From a virus, in IMG/VR virus record IMGVR_UViG_3300038415_000014, positions 32,001 through 96,000 of that record: a stretch of 64,000 bases of DNA; one strand, written 5' to 3'. Shown piece after piece: positions 18,562 through 29,900 of this stretch. Made by a program: the position numbers and the translations under genes. Numbering within the stretch: the first letter of the stretch is position 1; each line of letters opens with the position of its first letter. Below the pieces are notes generated by a model. It had not been told where the DNA came from. It saw only the letters and a list, made by a program, of their open reading frames with translations, and ran no database searches.

Positions 18562-21500
18562 CACTGCACCGCCAATAGCTTGATCATTGCGTTGAGGGCG
18601 TCTTGTTGAGCCTTGATCCGATTGGTTACAGCCCGTTGTTGCTGCACGAGGATACCAGTCTGGAAGTTGATTCGTTCGTCAATCCATGCATATCTTGAGT
18701 CATAGAGCTTGTCTGTGTCTGCAAGGACGGACTGAATAAACGAGACGGCATTCGCAACCTGAGTCTGACGAGCAGTATCAAGAGCTGGCCGAGAAGCGAT
18801 TAGTGTTGGATCAAGTTCGTTGGCATACGCTGATATATCTGGGTCCACTGTAACAGAAGAAATAGTATTGTTGTACCAAGTGGCTAAAGGTCCACCAAAG
18901 GTCACGCACTGTTGTAGAATTGTGAAGATCCCTTGAAGGGCTGGTTTTGAAGCTCCAAAGACATGGGCTACCCTAAAACTGATTGACCCAGCACTAGGTG
19001 ACCCATCGACCAACAGGTTATGGGCATTGATCACCTGAGTGACTTGGAAGATCCCCTCACTAGCTTGTGAGATCGGCGCGTAGATATAGTCCCCGACAAT
19101 CACTCCAGAAGCTATAAAGTCCACCGAGTTATCGGTGATGGTGTTCCCTGTCACTGTACCACTAGCTGTTGCCGGGCTGAGTCTATCGGTGAAAACACTG
19201 TCGAAGTAGCTCTGAAGTGATGGAATCTCCAGGTTGTTAACAATATTCCAGAGCCCATATGCAGCATTTTGCAGAGGCCCTAGGTCACTGAAGGTGTTCA
19301 ATGTGTTGCAGATTCTGTATGAACCAGAATCCAAGTCAGCGGTGAAACCAGAGTCCAAGGTAAGTTGGGTTTCAGAATCCACCGACACTATCTGACGTCT
19401 TTGATAGGTCCCACTTGCCTGAACCGCAACTACCGTGTACCCAGGGATCACTCCAGAGGATATGAAGGTAGCTGTTGGATCGATAAGGATAGTCCCAGTC
19501 GTGGATGCTGTTGATCCAGAAACAACGTTATTGGAGGTAGTGATCTCGAAGCTAAAGTTGGTGTCATTAGCTGCAAAAGCTGTTTCAGTAATCAAGTAGT
19601 TCGGGAAGACATACCTGATCACATGGAATCTCGGGTCTACTGAAGGGATACTACCTGTCAGGACCCGAACCAGATCCCCAGGTTGGGGTATGGGGCTCGG
19701 GAATGTCCCAGAGCTCAAGTAAAGAAGGGCATTACTGATGTCAAGGGATCCAATACCGATGAGTGGGTCAGAAACTATAGGAGGGTTGAGAAGCCCCCCG
19801 GACTGCACATAGCTTAGCTCAGTGGTCAAGTAGTCCGAGCTCAATGAGTTGCTCTCACAATTCAACGAAGGGTTGATCAATGGATAGCGTTGATCCCCAC
19901 TATCGTCCAAGGTCTGACCATAGAGCGCTGGGAACTTCTTAGGTGAGGTCGAGATGTTGCCAAAGAAAACCGTCCCCTGAAGCATGTCACCGCCAACAGG
20001 AGCTTGACCAATCACCGGGATAGGAACCACATACAGCAGATACCCATTTGTGGTGTCAAGAGTGACGTTTATTCCGACTCTATAGCTCATTGGAGGATAG
20101 GTTATATCCTGAACGCTCAAGTAAACTGTAGACCCAGCCGGGATGTCCACTGGAAGTGATGACACCCCAAGAGCTGTTGGGGAGACTGAGGTGATCGTTA
20201 GGGGTGAGGCGTCTGAGACATAAACCGTTGTAGGGTCAGCGACATCAACTAGCATCCCAGTTTCGAAGGCTGGTCGAAGCGGCGAGCTCGTAACTTCAGC
20301 CGTATTATCCACAAATAGTACCAGATCCCCTGTCTTGGCATCTTCAATCACCAAGGCCCGCTGAAGTCTCTTGAAGAACGTTGGACTTGACCCTGTGATA
20401 GGCTTGATCCCAAAGTTCATGATGGGATCACCCGTGTGGACCCCCTGTAGAATGACTTGGGCCACCGATGACACGGTCGGGTAAAACCGACTCTGAGTCC
20501 CTGACTGGTAGGCTCGAATAACATCCCCAAAAGCCAGGCTTATGACGTCATCGATCTGGTTGTTGGCTGTACTGATACTGACAGCTGGATTGCCTGTTGT
20601 TCCATCAAACTTGAAGCGCCCATCCCAATCACCTACAACACGCCCATCCATCTCCTGAAGCACATCTTCGAGATGGTTGATAGTATCGTTGTAGAAAAGA
20701 AGAGTAGCCCTCGCGACAATGTCTTCGTTGGCATACTCACCCTCATCGTAGAAGGCCGACTTATTACCTTGCTCGAACAACTGGGGCTGAGATGCATTTG
20801 CTACACGTGGACCACTTGACGGAACTGAAGCCGAGGCATCAGCCTGAAAAGCCGTCGCCATCTGACCTCGGAAGTTGGTCATTGTCTCTACACGAATGTA
20901 AAAGGAATCCGGAATGTAAGTAGACGCCGAGTAGACTAAGACCTGATTCAGGAGCCCATTGTTCTGGGTTGGAACAATCGTATGCGTGTAGGAAGAGAGG
21001 AGAGTACCCGGTTGGACAATCCGATACTTCGTGTAAAGTATTGATATTGCTTCATTTTGTTGTAGCGGTACGACAAGAGTAACCTTCCCAGTTTCGTCGA
21101 TCTTGAAGTCAGCCGGGGAGGAAAGTATCTGCCCAACCTGCCCTGTGACCTTTCGATACAAGAGGACAGTGTCCAATAGCGTGGTTGGTGGGGTCGTGAT
21201 GGGGATCGCCGGTGTCCCACTGGTCTGAAGATTGACCGTGGTTGCCTCATAGACGGGCCTCACGGAACGATACAACGTCGAGGTGGCATACCGGTACTCT
21301 CGGACTGTCGGGACCGTCAGAGTGACCGTGGTGGCATTCGAAGTAGCATCGTAACTCGAACCAGAGACCAAGTAGAACTCGTTTGCCACCCCTCCGGTGA
21401 GATACAAGATCTCGCCGGTGACATAGGTTCCAGAGAGGTCCTCGCCGGGGAAGATCACCTGATTCATCCCGCGCGAGATGTCATTGAAAGCTGAGGACTC

Positions 21501-24176
21501 CAAGACGAAGTAGACCGGTTGCGTCGACGGGATGTTGACCGGCCCTGACGAGATGTAGATCTTCGGGTTCGTCGCCGAGTCGCTGAAAACTTGTGGACTC
21601 AACAAGTTAATGGTGGTGATATCCGTGGTCGGATCGTACGACGGCGTGGCTAGGTAATAGACTGCTTCGGTTTCAATCCTGATCAGATAGTTGGCTGGGA
21701 ACTCCGCCGTCTTGTCACCACGAACCGTGAATAACGAGGACCCCGAGTTGATCTGTACTGGAGTGAGAATCAAATCAGGCTTGAGGATGACAACGGTGTT
21801 CTCCCCACCAAGTGCTTCGTAGGTGTTGTAGTCTATGTATACGTTTTCATTGGGATTTACAACAGGACCGTGAGGGAGAGTATTATCAACCGCATTGAAT
21901 CCTGATGGGGTTGGGAAAACATCCGGGAGGAAAGTGATTGTCGAGTGGGTAGTGTCGATTTGAACCTGAGTGGAGTCCTGCGGGCGACCGCCTCTAAAGA
22001 CTACAGGGGTTGGGTTCGAGGCCACCGTCAAACCGGTTGGGTTGAAGGTCATCAACGGAGTGGTATGGGCTGCAAGCTCTTTCCGATGAAGGAAAGTTCC
22101 ACGCTCATTCGTGAGAATTGGGTTCAGAACTGTGGAGTCTGGATTATCCTGGCTTGACGGATAGGTCAAGTTAATCTGGTCCCCGCTTAACAGGCGGAAC
22201 GTAGTCTGGAACGTTCCCAAACCACCACTCACTATGTAGTCCTTGCCTTGGACCAGTGTCGTCGTGACGTTGTTTCGAACCAGCTGAACCACTACATGAG
22301 GATCGATGAACTGGACCAGTTGGAAGTAGCGGTCAGCTAGAACCTCGGAACCTCGACGGACTTGATAGGCTAGGTTAGTGGGAGACCCAGAGATCTGGGC
22401 ATCTATTGTGAGATGGTGCTGGTCAGTGACTCCCGTGATGTTGTACACACCCTCATGCGCCCCAGTCACAATCACAAGGAGATCTCCAGCTAGTACTGAA
22501 CTGAAGTCTCCTGCGCTATCAAAGAAGACCAGAGGGTTTGGGGCTGCGCCCGTGGTACCGCTAGTGATGACTTCACCATACTGAGTGATGAAGGAGACAA
22601 CACCTGCATTGGAATCAAGAAGGACATCATCCCCAATAACTTGCGGAGTTCCATTCAATGTGAATGAGGCATTCGAGGGATCTATGAAGGGGTCTAGAGT
22701 CAGTGCTCCGGTCGGATGTAGAATTGAGGTGATCTGAGAATTAACTCTAGAGGCAAAAAAGAATTGCTTTTGGTCAAAGTCTAAGGTATAGCCAATACCT
22801 GTTGGGGGCGACGAGACATCCAAGCGTGGGAGCGGTCCGATGAACGACCCTGTTCCCTGCTCGACCAAGAAGGTCATTGGGTGATTGACATCATCCACCG
22901 GTAACACTGGTAGGAAGACCATCGGAGCGCCGATGATGGGGCTCGCCAAGCTTGCATTCGTGATTGAGTAGAATGCGGTAACATCCTTGACGTTAGGGTC
23001 TGATCCATCCAAGTCAACTGGGGATCTGAAGAGACGCAGAGAGATCCCATTCTCGATGAGAAGGTCCCCGAACACAATCTTCAGTGTGTAGCTAGAGTAG
23101 TTCAGGAAGTCAGCTGAGTAGAACCTGATCTGACCCGTATCAGCGGTGATCTGGACTTGGCCCGCCTTGTCTGCAACGAAGTGGGCATTGTCTTGAACCA
23201 GTACAAAGTTAGGGAACTGGTGGACAATGGCCGATCCGTTCATCACAAGGATGGCCAGGTCCTCTCCCGCGAGTGGTATGGGGTTCACATACAAGGTACC
23301 AGAACCAATAGTCGCCCCCGAGCTCCAACTGGAAAGAGCTTGGACTTCAAAAAGGATCCCATCATAGTAGACGGGAAACCCACTATAAGTATTAGAATCA
23401 ATTGAGTTAAAGTTCACTAAGCCCGTGTTTTGCGCCCACTGGAAGCTACCAGATGGTGGGTCAGTGAAACTAGCCTCGTTCGGTACAGGGATAGGGGTCA
23501 GGTAACCGCCGAACCCAAACTTGAGAAGTGGATGTTGGCTCGACCCAGGGATTGGGTTCAAGAGGACCTGGTCAGCCCCAACAAGTCCAATTTTACCGGT
23601 TGATTCCTTCAGTGAGAGGGGGGCCTGCTGTTGGAATAGGACGGTTTGACCTTCGTAGCTGGTAAGATCTCCGGTGTTCCAATTCAAGTTCCCAGTGGAC
23701 AAGCTGACTTCCACGGATCTGCTCGCCGGTGAGCCAAAGGAGGCATCATCTGGGACTGTACCGATTGAGAATGTGATCCCGCTACCAAGATACCCAAGGG
23801 CAATTCGGTAAGGAGCTGATCCCACAGGGATCAAGATCTTCAGCCGAGTAGTGTTGGAGTCAGGCCCAAGGACTCCAACCACCGTCCGCGCGCCACCTGG
23901 TAGCGGCTTGAAGTTCCCCACGGTTCCGTCGTAGTCAAACCTTTGGTTCCCAGTCTCGTTCTTCGTCCACCCGAACTCTGCAACAGGTAGGTTCCCATCT
24001 TGTAGGGCAATGACTAAGTACTCAGTTCGCCCAGGGGTTGTCTCGTTGCCTGGTGGAAAAGCACTATTGAATGCACCAAGGTCAGAGACTAAGTCATCAG
24101 GGCTCGCAGTGAAGGGGCTGTTGGCAGAGCCAACGCGAGGCTTCTCTAGTAAATATCCCTGCAGACTGAATGGCAT
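18561..24176 (-). CDS. 1871-aa multi-domain beta-rich virion protein with C-terminal coiled coil
   Basis: Long open frame with repeated beta modules; ends in a helix (QQQRAVTNRIKAQQDALNAMIKLL). Confidence 0.7.
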   Translation of the reverse strand: MPFSLQGYLLEKPRVGSANSPFTASPDDLVSDLGAFNSAFPPGNETTPGRTEYLVIALQDGNLPVAEFGWTKNETGNQRFDYDGTVGNFKPLPGGARTVVGVLGPDSNTTRLKILIPVGSAPYRIALGYLGSGITFSIGTVPDDASFGSPASRSVEVSLSTGNLNWNTGDLTSYEGQTVLFQQQAPLSLKESTGKIGLVGADQVLLNPIPGSSQHPLLKFGFGGYLTPIPVPNEASFTDPPSGSFQWAQNTGLVNFNSIDSNTYSGFPVYYDGILFEVQALSSWSSGATIGSGTLYVNPIPLAGEDLAILVMNGSAIVHQFPNFVLVQDNAHFVADKAGQVQITADTGQIRFYSADFLNYSSYTLKIVFGDLLIENGISLRLFRSPVDLDGSDPNVKDVTAFYSITNASLASPIIGAPMVFLPVLPVDDVNHPMTFLVEQGTGSFIGPLPRLDVSSPPTGIGYTLDFDQKQFFFASRVNSQITSILHPTGALTLDPFIDPSNASFTLNGTPQVIGDDVLLDSNAGVVSFITQYGEVITSGTTGAAPNPLVFFDSAGDFSSVLAGDLLVIVTGAHEGVYNITGVTDQHHLTIDAQISGSPTNLAYQVRRGSEVLADRYFQLVQFIDPHVVVQLVRNNVTTTLVQGKDYIVSGGLGTFQTTFRLLSGDQINLTYPSSQDNPDSTVLNPILTNERGTFLHRKELAAHTTPLMTFNPTGLTVASNPTPVVFRGGRPQDSTQVQIDTTHSTITFLPDVFPTPSGFNAVDNTLPHGPVVNPNENVYIDYNTYEALGGENTVVILKPDLILTPVQINSGSSLFTVRGDKTAEFPANYLIRIETEAVYYLATPSYDPTTDITTINLLSPQVFSDSATNPKIYISSGPVNIPSTQPVYFVLESSAFNDISRGMNQVIFPGEDLSGTYVTGEILYLTGGVANEFYLVSGSSYDATSNATTVTLTVPTVREYRYATSTLYRSVRPVYEATTVNLQTSGTPAIPITTPPTTLLDTVLLYRKVTGQVGQILSSPADFKIDETGKVTLVVPLQQNEAISILYTKYRIVQPGTLLSSYTHTIVPTQNNGLLNQVLVYSASTYIPDSFYIRVETMTNFRGQMATAFQADASASVPSSGPRVANASQPQLFEQGNKSAFYDEGEYANEDIVARATLLFYNDTINHLEDVLQEMDGRVVGDWDGRFKFDGTTGNPAVSISTANNQIDDVISLAFGDVIRAYQSGTQSRFYPTVSSVAQVILQGVHTGDPIMNFGIKPITGSSPTFFKRLQRALVIEDAKTGDLVLFVDNTAEVTSSPLRPAFETGMLVDVADPTTVYVSDASPLTITSVSPTALGVSSLPVDIPAGSTVYLSVQDITYPPMSYRVGINVTLDTTNGYLLYVVPIPVIGQAPVGGDMLQGTVFFGNISTSPKKFPALYGQTLDDSGDQRYPLINPSLNCESNSLSSDYLTTELSYVQSGGLLNPPIVSDPLIGIGSLDISNALLYLSSGTFPSPIPQPGDLVRVLTGSIPSVDPRFHVIRYVFPNYLITETAFAANDTNFSFEITTSNNVVSGSTASTTGTILIDPTATFISSGVIPGYTVVAVQASGTYQRRQIVSVDSETQLTLDSGFTADLDSGSYRICNTLNTFSDLGPLQNAAYGLWNIVNNLEIPSLQSYFDSVFTDRLSPATASGTVTGNTITDNSVDFIASGVIVGDYIYAPISQASEGIFQVTQVINAHNLLVDGSPSAGSISFRVAHVFGASKPALQGIFTILQQCVTFGGPLATWYNNTISSVTVDPDISAYANELDPTLIASRPALDTARQTQVANAVSFIQSVLADTDKLYDSRYAWIDERINFQTGILVQQQRAVTNRIKAQQDALNAMIKLLAVQ

Positions 24177-24194
24177 CTGATCCTCATCTGAAAT

Positions 24195-24764
24195 CTAGAT
24201 TATCGAGCCGAAGCCTTTACCCGATGAGGGGGATGGGCCTCCTGCTCCTACAATGACAACTGGCAAAACAAGAGTCTGAAGAACCACCATGAGTGCAGAG
24301 GAGATCGCATTTGCCTTGGCAGAAGCCCCCTGGCCCGTGATACCAACGCTGGAAAACCCTTGCATAATCGAGGATACTGCGGGTGGTCCGCTGATCCTGG
24401 CTATCGCTCCTCCAGCCCCTACCGAAGGGTGAGTGGTATTCAAGATCCCTTGAGCCAAACCAATCGTGATCCCATTGGCTAACCCAACAGCCTCCAATGG
24501 AGCCATTGGCCCCAAGTGACCGTTAGCGGCATAGGCCACTAGAAGAGCCCCCATCAGAATCGGTTGAGGGACTAGGAACGGGAATAAGCCCTTACCAGTA
24601 CCAACAGCCCCGGTATCGACTGTAGATACCTTCAGTTTTTTGACCCAAAGAGTAAGCCCAAGACCTAACCCAGATGCTAACTTGGGCGTCGCCAGACCTA
24701 ACATCCCGCTACCGAGGAGAGCGGTTGTAATCGTGGCGCTGAGGACTGGGGCGACCAACGGCAT
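24195..24764 (-). CDS. Gly/Ala-rich hydrophobic protein directly after the spike gene
   Basis: 189 aa, very few charged residues, starts 1 nt after the spike stop. Confidence 0.6.
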   Translation of the reverse strand: MPLVAPVLSATITTALLGSGMLGLATPKLASGLGLGLTLWVKKLKVSTVDTGAVGTGKGLFPFLVPQPILMGALLVAYAANGHLGPMAPLEAVGLANGITIGLAQGILNTTHPSVGAGGAIARISGPPAVSSIMQGFSSVGITGQGASAKANAISSALMVVLQTLVLPVVIVGAGGPSPSSGKGFGSII

Positions 24765-24765
24765 G

Positions 24766-26958
24766 TCAATTCGACCCCACCATCAAGGCTCCTTGGAGCG
24801 GCAAACCAGTGATCCAGTCCAGGGATGGGGATCCTGGCGGCATCATCGGCGTTCCACGTGAAACACCGAGGACTGCCGTTGGTCCCCCAATCTGGACCCG
24901 AGGAGCAGTCAGCATGATGATGGTCGATGCTGTCAAGTTCATCGCCAACCCGGCTGTAATCGCAACCGCTCCGAGTCCGGCCGTCATCGAGATGGCGCCT
25001 GCGCCGGTGGAAAGGGTCACAGCTCCAACCCCAGTGGTAACAGAAATGGCGCCAGTACCAACCGTGACTGAGTATGCTCCCGCGGGACAGTTTACGGCTA
25101 TGGCTCCGGCGGCTACCGTAGTGGTCTTTGCGCCCGCGACGATGTTCTCGATATGGCCGCCCGCGAGGATCGTACAGAGCTTTCCGCCTAAGGCCACCGT
25201 CTCTTGGTAGATGAGGGCATAGTAGTTCTGAGTCTTCCCCGAGATAGTGGCGTTCCACCCGCCCACATTGACATTCAGACCGTTCAACCCGTGGAGGTTG
25301 ATGGTACTTGCCTTGGTCGTGTGACTACCATCTACGGTCTTCTGGTAGCTCCCCTGGACCACCTGGATGTCGGTTCCCGAGATGTTGACCTCGTTGTTCC
25401 CCTGGACGTCGACACTGTGGGCGACATCATCAACAGAGTTCGATCCCCCTCGGAAGATGTTCTTGATGGCCCCTCGATAGTTCGTCGTAATGCATTGGCC
25501 ATTGGCATCGGACCCGACGTCGAGGAAGATCCCACCGTCGCAGGTGAGATGAATCGAGTACTTCTCCGGTGTGTTGGCGCCTATCCGAGCCTTGAGGCAG
25601 CCTTCTAGGTTGGCCTCAACCGAGATGTTCTTCGACGAGTAGTTCTCGTTGGAAGAAGCCGGGATGTTTGCGAACAACTTCCCCTGCTTCGAGACCGCAA
25701 TCGCGAATGGGCTCCTTGATACGCCCCTCGGGGGAGAGATCTTGAATAGGTAGGCCGCAGCCATCGTCAGGGCCTCGTCCACCGTGGTGCTCGGCGGGCG
25801 GAGACACTCCTCCATCACGAACCCGGCCCCTGGAACGCCTATCTGGTCAAAGGACTCAAAGATCTTTGGTTTCAGGACCTTACCGTACTGGCGCTGACCC
25901 AGCGTAGAGAACGGGTCATTCCCAACTACGGTCCCAAGGACATACTCGATGTACGCGCGAGGGCGGTCCATGCCGAACCCATCGATCTCCTCAAGCACCT
26001 CTTGAGTCAGGTCCGTGTCGTGTCGAACCTCTATCCGGCGCTCAGTAAAAGCCCTGAGAGATCCACCGTTTAGTGGGTCCTCAAAGTTGATAGCCGCGTT
26101 GCCTGAGGCATAGAAGACTTGGCGCCCATTGGAGAAGGTCAGTGACGGGAACTCGGTCTCGTCATTGATACGGTCGAGAGCCTTGTGGGTAGTCGGGTCG
26201 ACGAAGGTTGACCCAGTAACACCAGCCGCAGACAGATCATCTCGACCAAAGTATCGAGAGTCTTGTCCTCGAACTACGTTGGTGATCGCCCCGTTGGCAT
26301 CCGTCTGGAAGATCTCCAGGGGCAGGTTCATGGCCCCTCGCCGGACAGCCCCAGAGAACATGTAGGCAGCCGAGTCTGACTCCGCTCGATGAAGGGCCTG
26401 AGTGACTAGGGTTCGGTCAACATCCCGCAGCTCGAAGCTGTCACCCCCACGGTTGAAGAAGCGAACATCCTGGGACAGCTGCATCTCGGCCCCGTCCGAC
26501 GACATCCCAATGATGTCCCCAGAGCGCCCCTTGATGCGCTTGTACCTGGTGGTCGGGCCGTAGACCTTGGTAACATCGTCCACGTCCTCAGCATCAAGCT
26601 CACCAGGAGGGACCGGGGCAAAGGGGTCGAACTTCAGTCCAAGCTTGTTCCCTACCGGGATATACCCAAGAATTACTGCATCATAGAGCTGCTTGGTGCG
26701 CCGCCGATATCCGATGATGACCACAGAACCGACTTCAGGAATCCCACCAAGGAAGCTACGCGGGCCTGCCATGGGTTGGGTCAAGTCCAACTCGAAGCGG
26801 TTCCCGGACCCGGTGATGATCTTAACGTCAGCTTTGAGGTTCAGCTCATCTACTCGCGTGATGATCCCAACCTTCAGCGTGGCATGAGGGTTGTCATTGC
26901 TGGCAAAGTCACTGTTCGGGACTTTGCCATAGGGGATGTTGGGACCTAGATGGGGCAT
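24766..26958 (-). CDS. Baseplate central spike, gp5/gpV/VgrG-like
   Basis: N-terminal OB-fold pattern (GIITRVD...ADVKI...GGIPEVGSVVIIGY); C-terminal beta-helix repeats (GAISVTTG/GAVTLSTG/GAISMTAG); tip-like DWITGLP end. Confidence 0.85.
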   Translation of the reverse strand: MPHLGPNIPYGKVPNSDFASNDNPHATLKVGIITRVDELNLKADVKIITGSGNRFELDLTQPMAGPRSFLGGIPEVGSVVIIGYRRRTKQLYDAVILGYIPVGNKLGLKFDPFAPVPPGELDAEDVDDVTKVYGPTTRYKRIKGRSGDIIGMSSDGAEMQLSQDVRFFNRGGDSFELRDVDRTLVTQALHRAESDSAAYMFSGAVRRGAMNLPLEIFQTDANGAITNVVRGQDSRYFGRDDLSAAGVTGSTFVDPTTHKALDRINDETEFPSLTFSNGRQVFYASGNAAINFEDPLNGGSLRAFTERRIEVRHDTDLTQEVLEEIDGFGMDRPRAYIEYVLGTVVGNDPFSTLGQRQYGKVLKPKIFESFDQIGVPGAGFVMEECLRPPSTTVDEALTMAAAYLFKISPPRGVSRSPFAIAVSKQGKLFANIPASSNENYSSKNISVEANLEGCLKARIGANTPEKYSIHLTCDGGIFLDVGSDANGQCITTNYRGAIKNIFRGGSNSVDDVAHSVDVQGNNEVNISGTDIQVVQGSYQKTVDGSHTTKASTINLHGLNGLNVNVGGWNATISGKTQNYYALIYQETVALGGKLCTILAGGHIENIVAGAKTTTVAAGAIAVNCPAGAYSVTVGTGAISVTTGVGAVTLSTGAGAISMTAGLGAVAITAGLAMNLTASTIIMLTAPRVQIGGPTAVLGVSRGTPMMPPGSPSLDWITGLPLQGALMVGSN

Positions 26959-26960
26959 GA

Positions 26961-29900
26961 TTATCCAAGCTGATTCAATTGAAGCTGTAGATTGGCTATG
27001 GTCTGAGGATCACCCTTGTTGGCTTGTAGGTTGGCTATCTGCTGAGATAACTGAGCTTTCTTTTGGTTCTTCTGTAGGTTGGACCCAAAACTTGAGAACG
27101 CCTGTGACAGGTTGTTTCTAGATGACACCGCCTGTTGAGCTGTAGCTACAGGATCCCCCAAGGCTGCTCTATTAGGAGAAGAGAACGGTGGTGCAAAGTT
27201 CCCGTATGCTTGATCCTGAGCAGAGGTAGTGAACAGGTCAGGTTGTTTTCGAACATCTGGGGTTACCCCAGATGGGTCACCTCGTAGGGAGTTCTCCAGT
27301 TGCTGGTGAGGACCATCCAAAGCCTTGTAGAGAGTAGCCAAGTACTGTTCGACTCTTTGAAACACATCACTGGACTTGGCTATTGAGGGCAGGGGCTGGG
27401 TAAGATCTTCTTCAGCCAGTAGCGAGAACGAGGTGCTAGAGCCACCTGCCGTACTACTACCTTGAAGTGACTCACCAGCTGCTGAGGATGACTGGCTGAT
27501 AGAGCTAACTTGATAGCCCACATTGATGAAGGCCAAGTCGTCCCGTCCTGTTTGACAGCTACACTGAGGATCGCCAGGTACTAGGTCAGAACGAATCGTC
27601 ATCTCAGCCAGAGTTAGGGCGCGCGAGAGGGTCGAGGCCTCTACACTTGCGGGTACCCCTTGAGCTTCAGGAGACCCAAGAGGGGCGATGTCCACGAAGT
27701 TGTTCGAGGTTGATGTGAACTGAGGAGTCTTCAAACCATCCTGCCCAGTAACCAGGGCTGCAGCTGTCTGCACATCATCGGGAGTGAGCCGAGCTACGGT
27801 GTCAGCTGGGTTGGTATAGGCAGTCGTGACCGCCGTAATGCCCTGGGATTGAGCATTGAGCGTGGACAAGAGGTCACCCGCGAGAGCCAACTGAACCCCC
27901 ACTTGCACAGAAGTGTTCTTGCCCCCTGGGTTGTAAATCAGAGACCCGTCACTTAGAGAGACTCCACGTCCGTACCTAAAGTGTCCGATAACCTCAAAAC
28001 CCCTCTCGTCAGAAACTGGACGAACCATGGTATTCGGGTTGTCGAGCTTAATCGTGGTATCCTTGAACGTAACGTTCGAAGTGTCCCCTGATACCGTGAT
28101 GTTCTTTGATGGCATCAAGGCAAACTGAGTGACGGACTTGTTCACATCATAGGCATAGACGTAGACACCTGCAGAATTGAGGCCATATGAGTACCTGTTG
28201 TGAGAATACTTGTTCTGGATGTTGGCCCACTTGTCTAGTGAAACTCTAACTTCGTCCAAGGCTTGTTGCTGTTCTTGTCGTTGCGCTACCTTGCTCTTGT
28301 TGGACTTACTCACTACGGTGTTGGTACCAGGATTCTTTTGACCGGCGACATTGGTATATGCTGAACGAGGGTCATAGGGTCTGGAGTAGACCATCACCAC
28401 ATTGGGGTACCCGACGATCTTGCCCGTTTTTGGGTGACGAAGAATCAGTGGTTGGTAGGGGTCAAGCGTCTTCGGGTCATCCGGATTGACATTGATAGGC
28501 GGCAAGGTTGCCGCATCCCCTAGATCCAACTTGAAGGAGGTTTGAGCTAGCTGACGGGTGGTGAGGGGCGATGTGGTAGCATCAGTCTGGGTAGTCACTA
28601 CCTTGGAATTCTGGTTGGTAGCAGACTTGGACTTAAGGGCCCCAGTGTTCAACGTGGAAATCCCTTTGGGTGCAACGAACTTCTGCCTACGCGCAGTGAG
28701 GGATAGTGATGTTGTTGTCCTACCCCCAAATTGAATGTTGTGGTTTAACCCACGGATGTACCAGATCTCGTCGAGAGGGGCGATGTAGACTGGGAACCCA
28801 AGACGAAGCTCAGGTCGATGAGGGATAGTGATAGTAGCCTGGTTGCGCTTGCTATTGATCCTATCGAGGATGTCCAACCCATGGTAGAACATCCGCATGG
28901 TATCGCCCATGAACTCAGACGGATAGGTGTGAGATCTCCAACCATACTTTCTAAGCAGGTGGTAGTCCGTGACGCTGGTGAACGGGGTGACCTCAGCTCC
29001 TAACCCATAGTCGATGCTACCTCCGAAGTTACCTTCGATGGTCAGCTGAGTGACTACCTCGGACTCAGAGTCCGTAAAGTCCCAATCGAGAATATCGATG
29101 TCCTGAATCCAAGAGATTGGCTTGTTGGATAGGATATCCAGATTGTAGAAGGGGGGCTTAAAGACGATGTCCCCAGTGACATCCATGTAGAACTCGAACC
29201 CTACTGCCTCCTTGCAGAGATTAGCAATTTCAAGCTTGGTCTGGTACTCTGACTGCCAGAAGTTGACCTCACCTGCTGAAGGAAATTGGGTCCTAAATGC
29301 AGTAACTCCTGGGTCAGTCGGGTCGAAGATCAGCTGAGCTGCCGCGGCCCCTCCGTTAGCATTTCTAACTGCATTGGCAATTGTTTGCTGTCCAGGAGTG
29401 GCCTTTCCTGACTTGTAGGCATGCGCAAGAGAGTCACCTCGGATGGCAATCCCATTGACCCCATAGAGCAGCAGGTTGGAGCGGATCTTAGTGAACCTGC
29501 TCTCCCAATACTGCATAATGTCGCCCATCGCCGCCCTGAAAGTGGCCTTCTGAGCTTGCTCCTTGGTCAAGCTTGTGAGCGACCCTGTGGCGACGATGGC
29601 ATCACCAAAAGCCATGTTGGACAGTGAGAAGATCGTATCATAGACGTTGGTCCCGTAGAGCGTGTTTCCAAAGATAGATCGGCCCAACTGAGGGTTGGCC
29701 CCGGTAAATGCCGGGTTGATATTCATCCTGCAGAGTTCCCACCACTTCAGGATGTCCGCACATTGAATGGTTACTGTATGCTCTCCGCCGGAGAAACTAC
29801 TCCCGACTTCGGTTACTAAACCCCAGAATAAGGGGTAATACTGGGGTAACCCCTCCAGTGTGTAGTAGCCTTTGGAGTAAATCTCGACCTCCATCATCGT

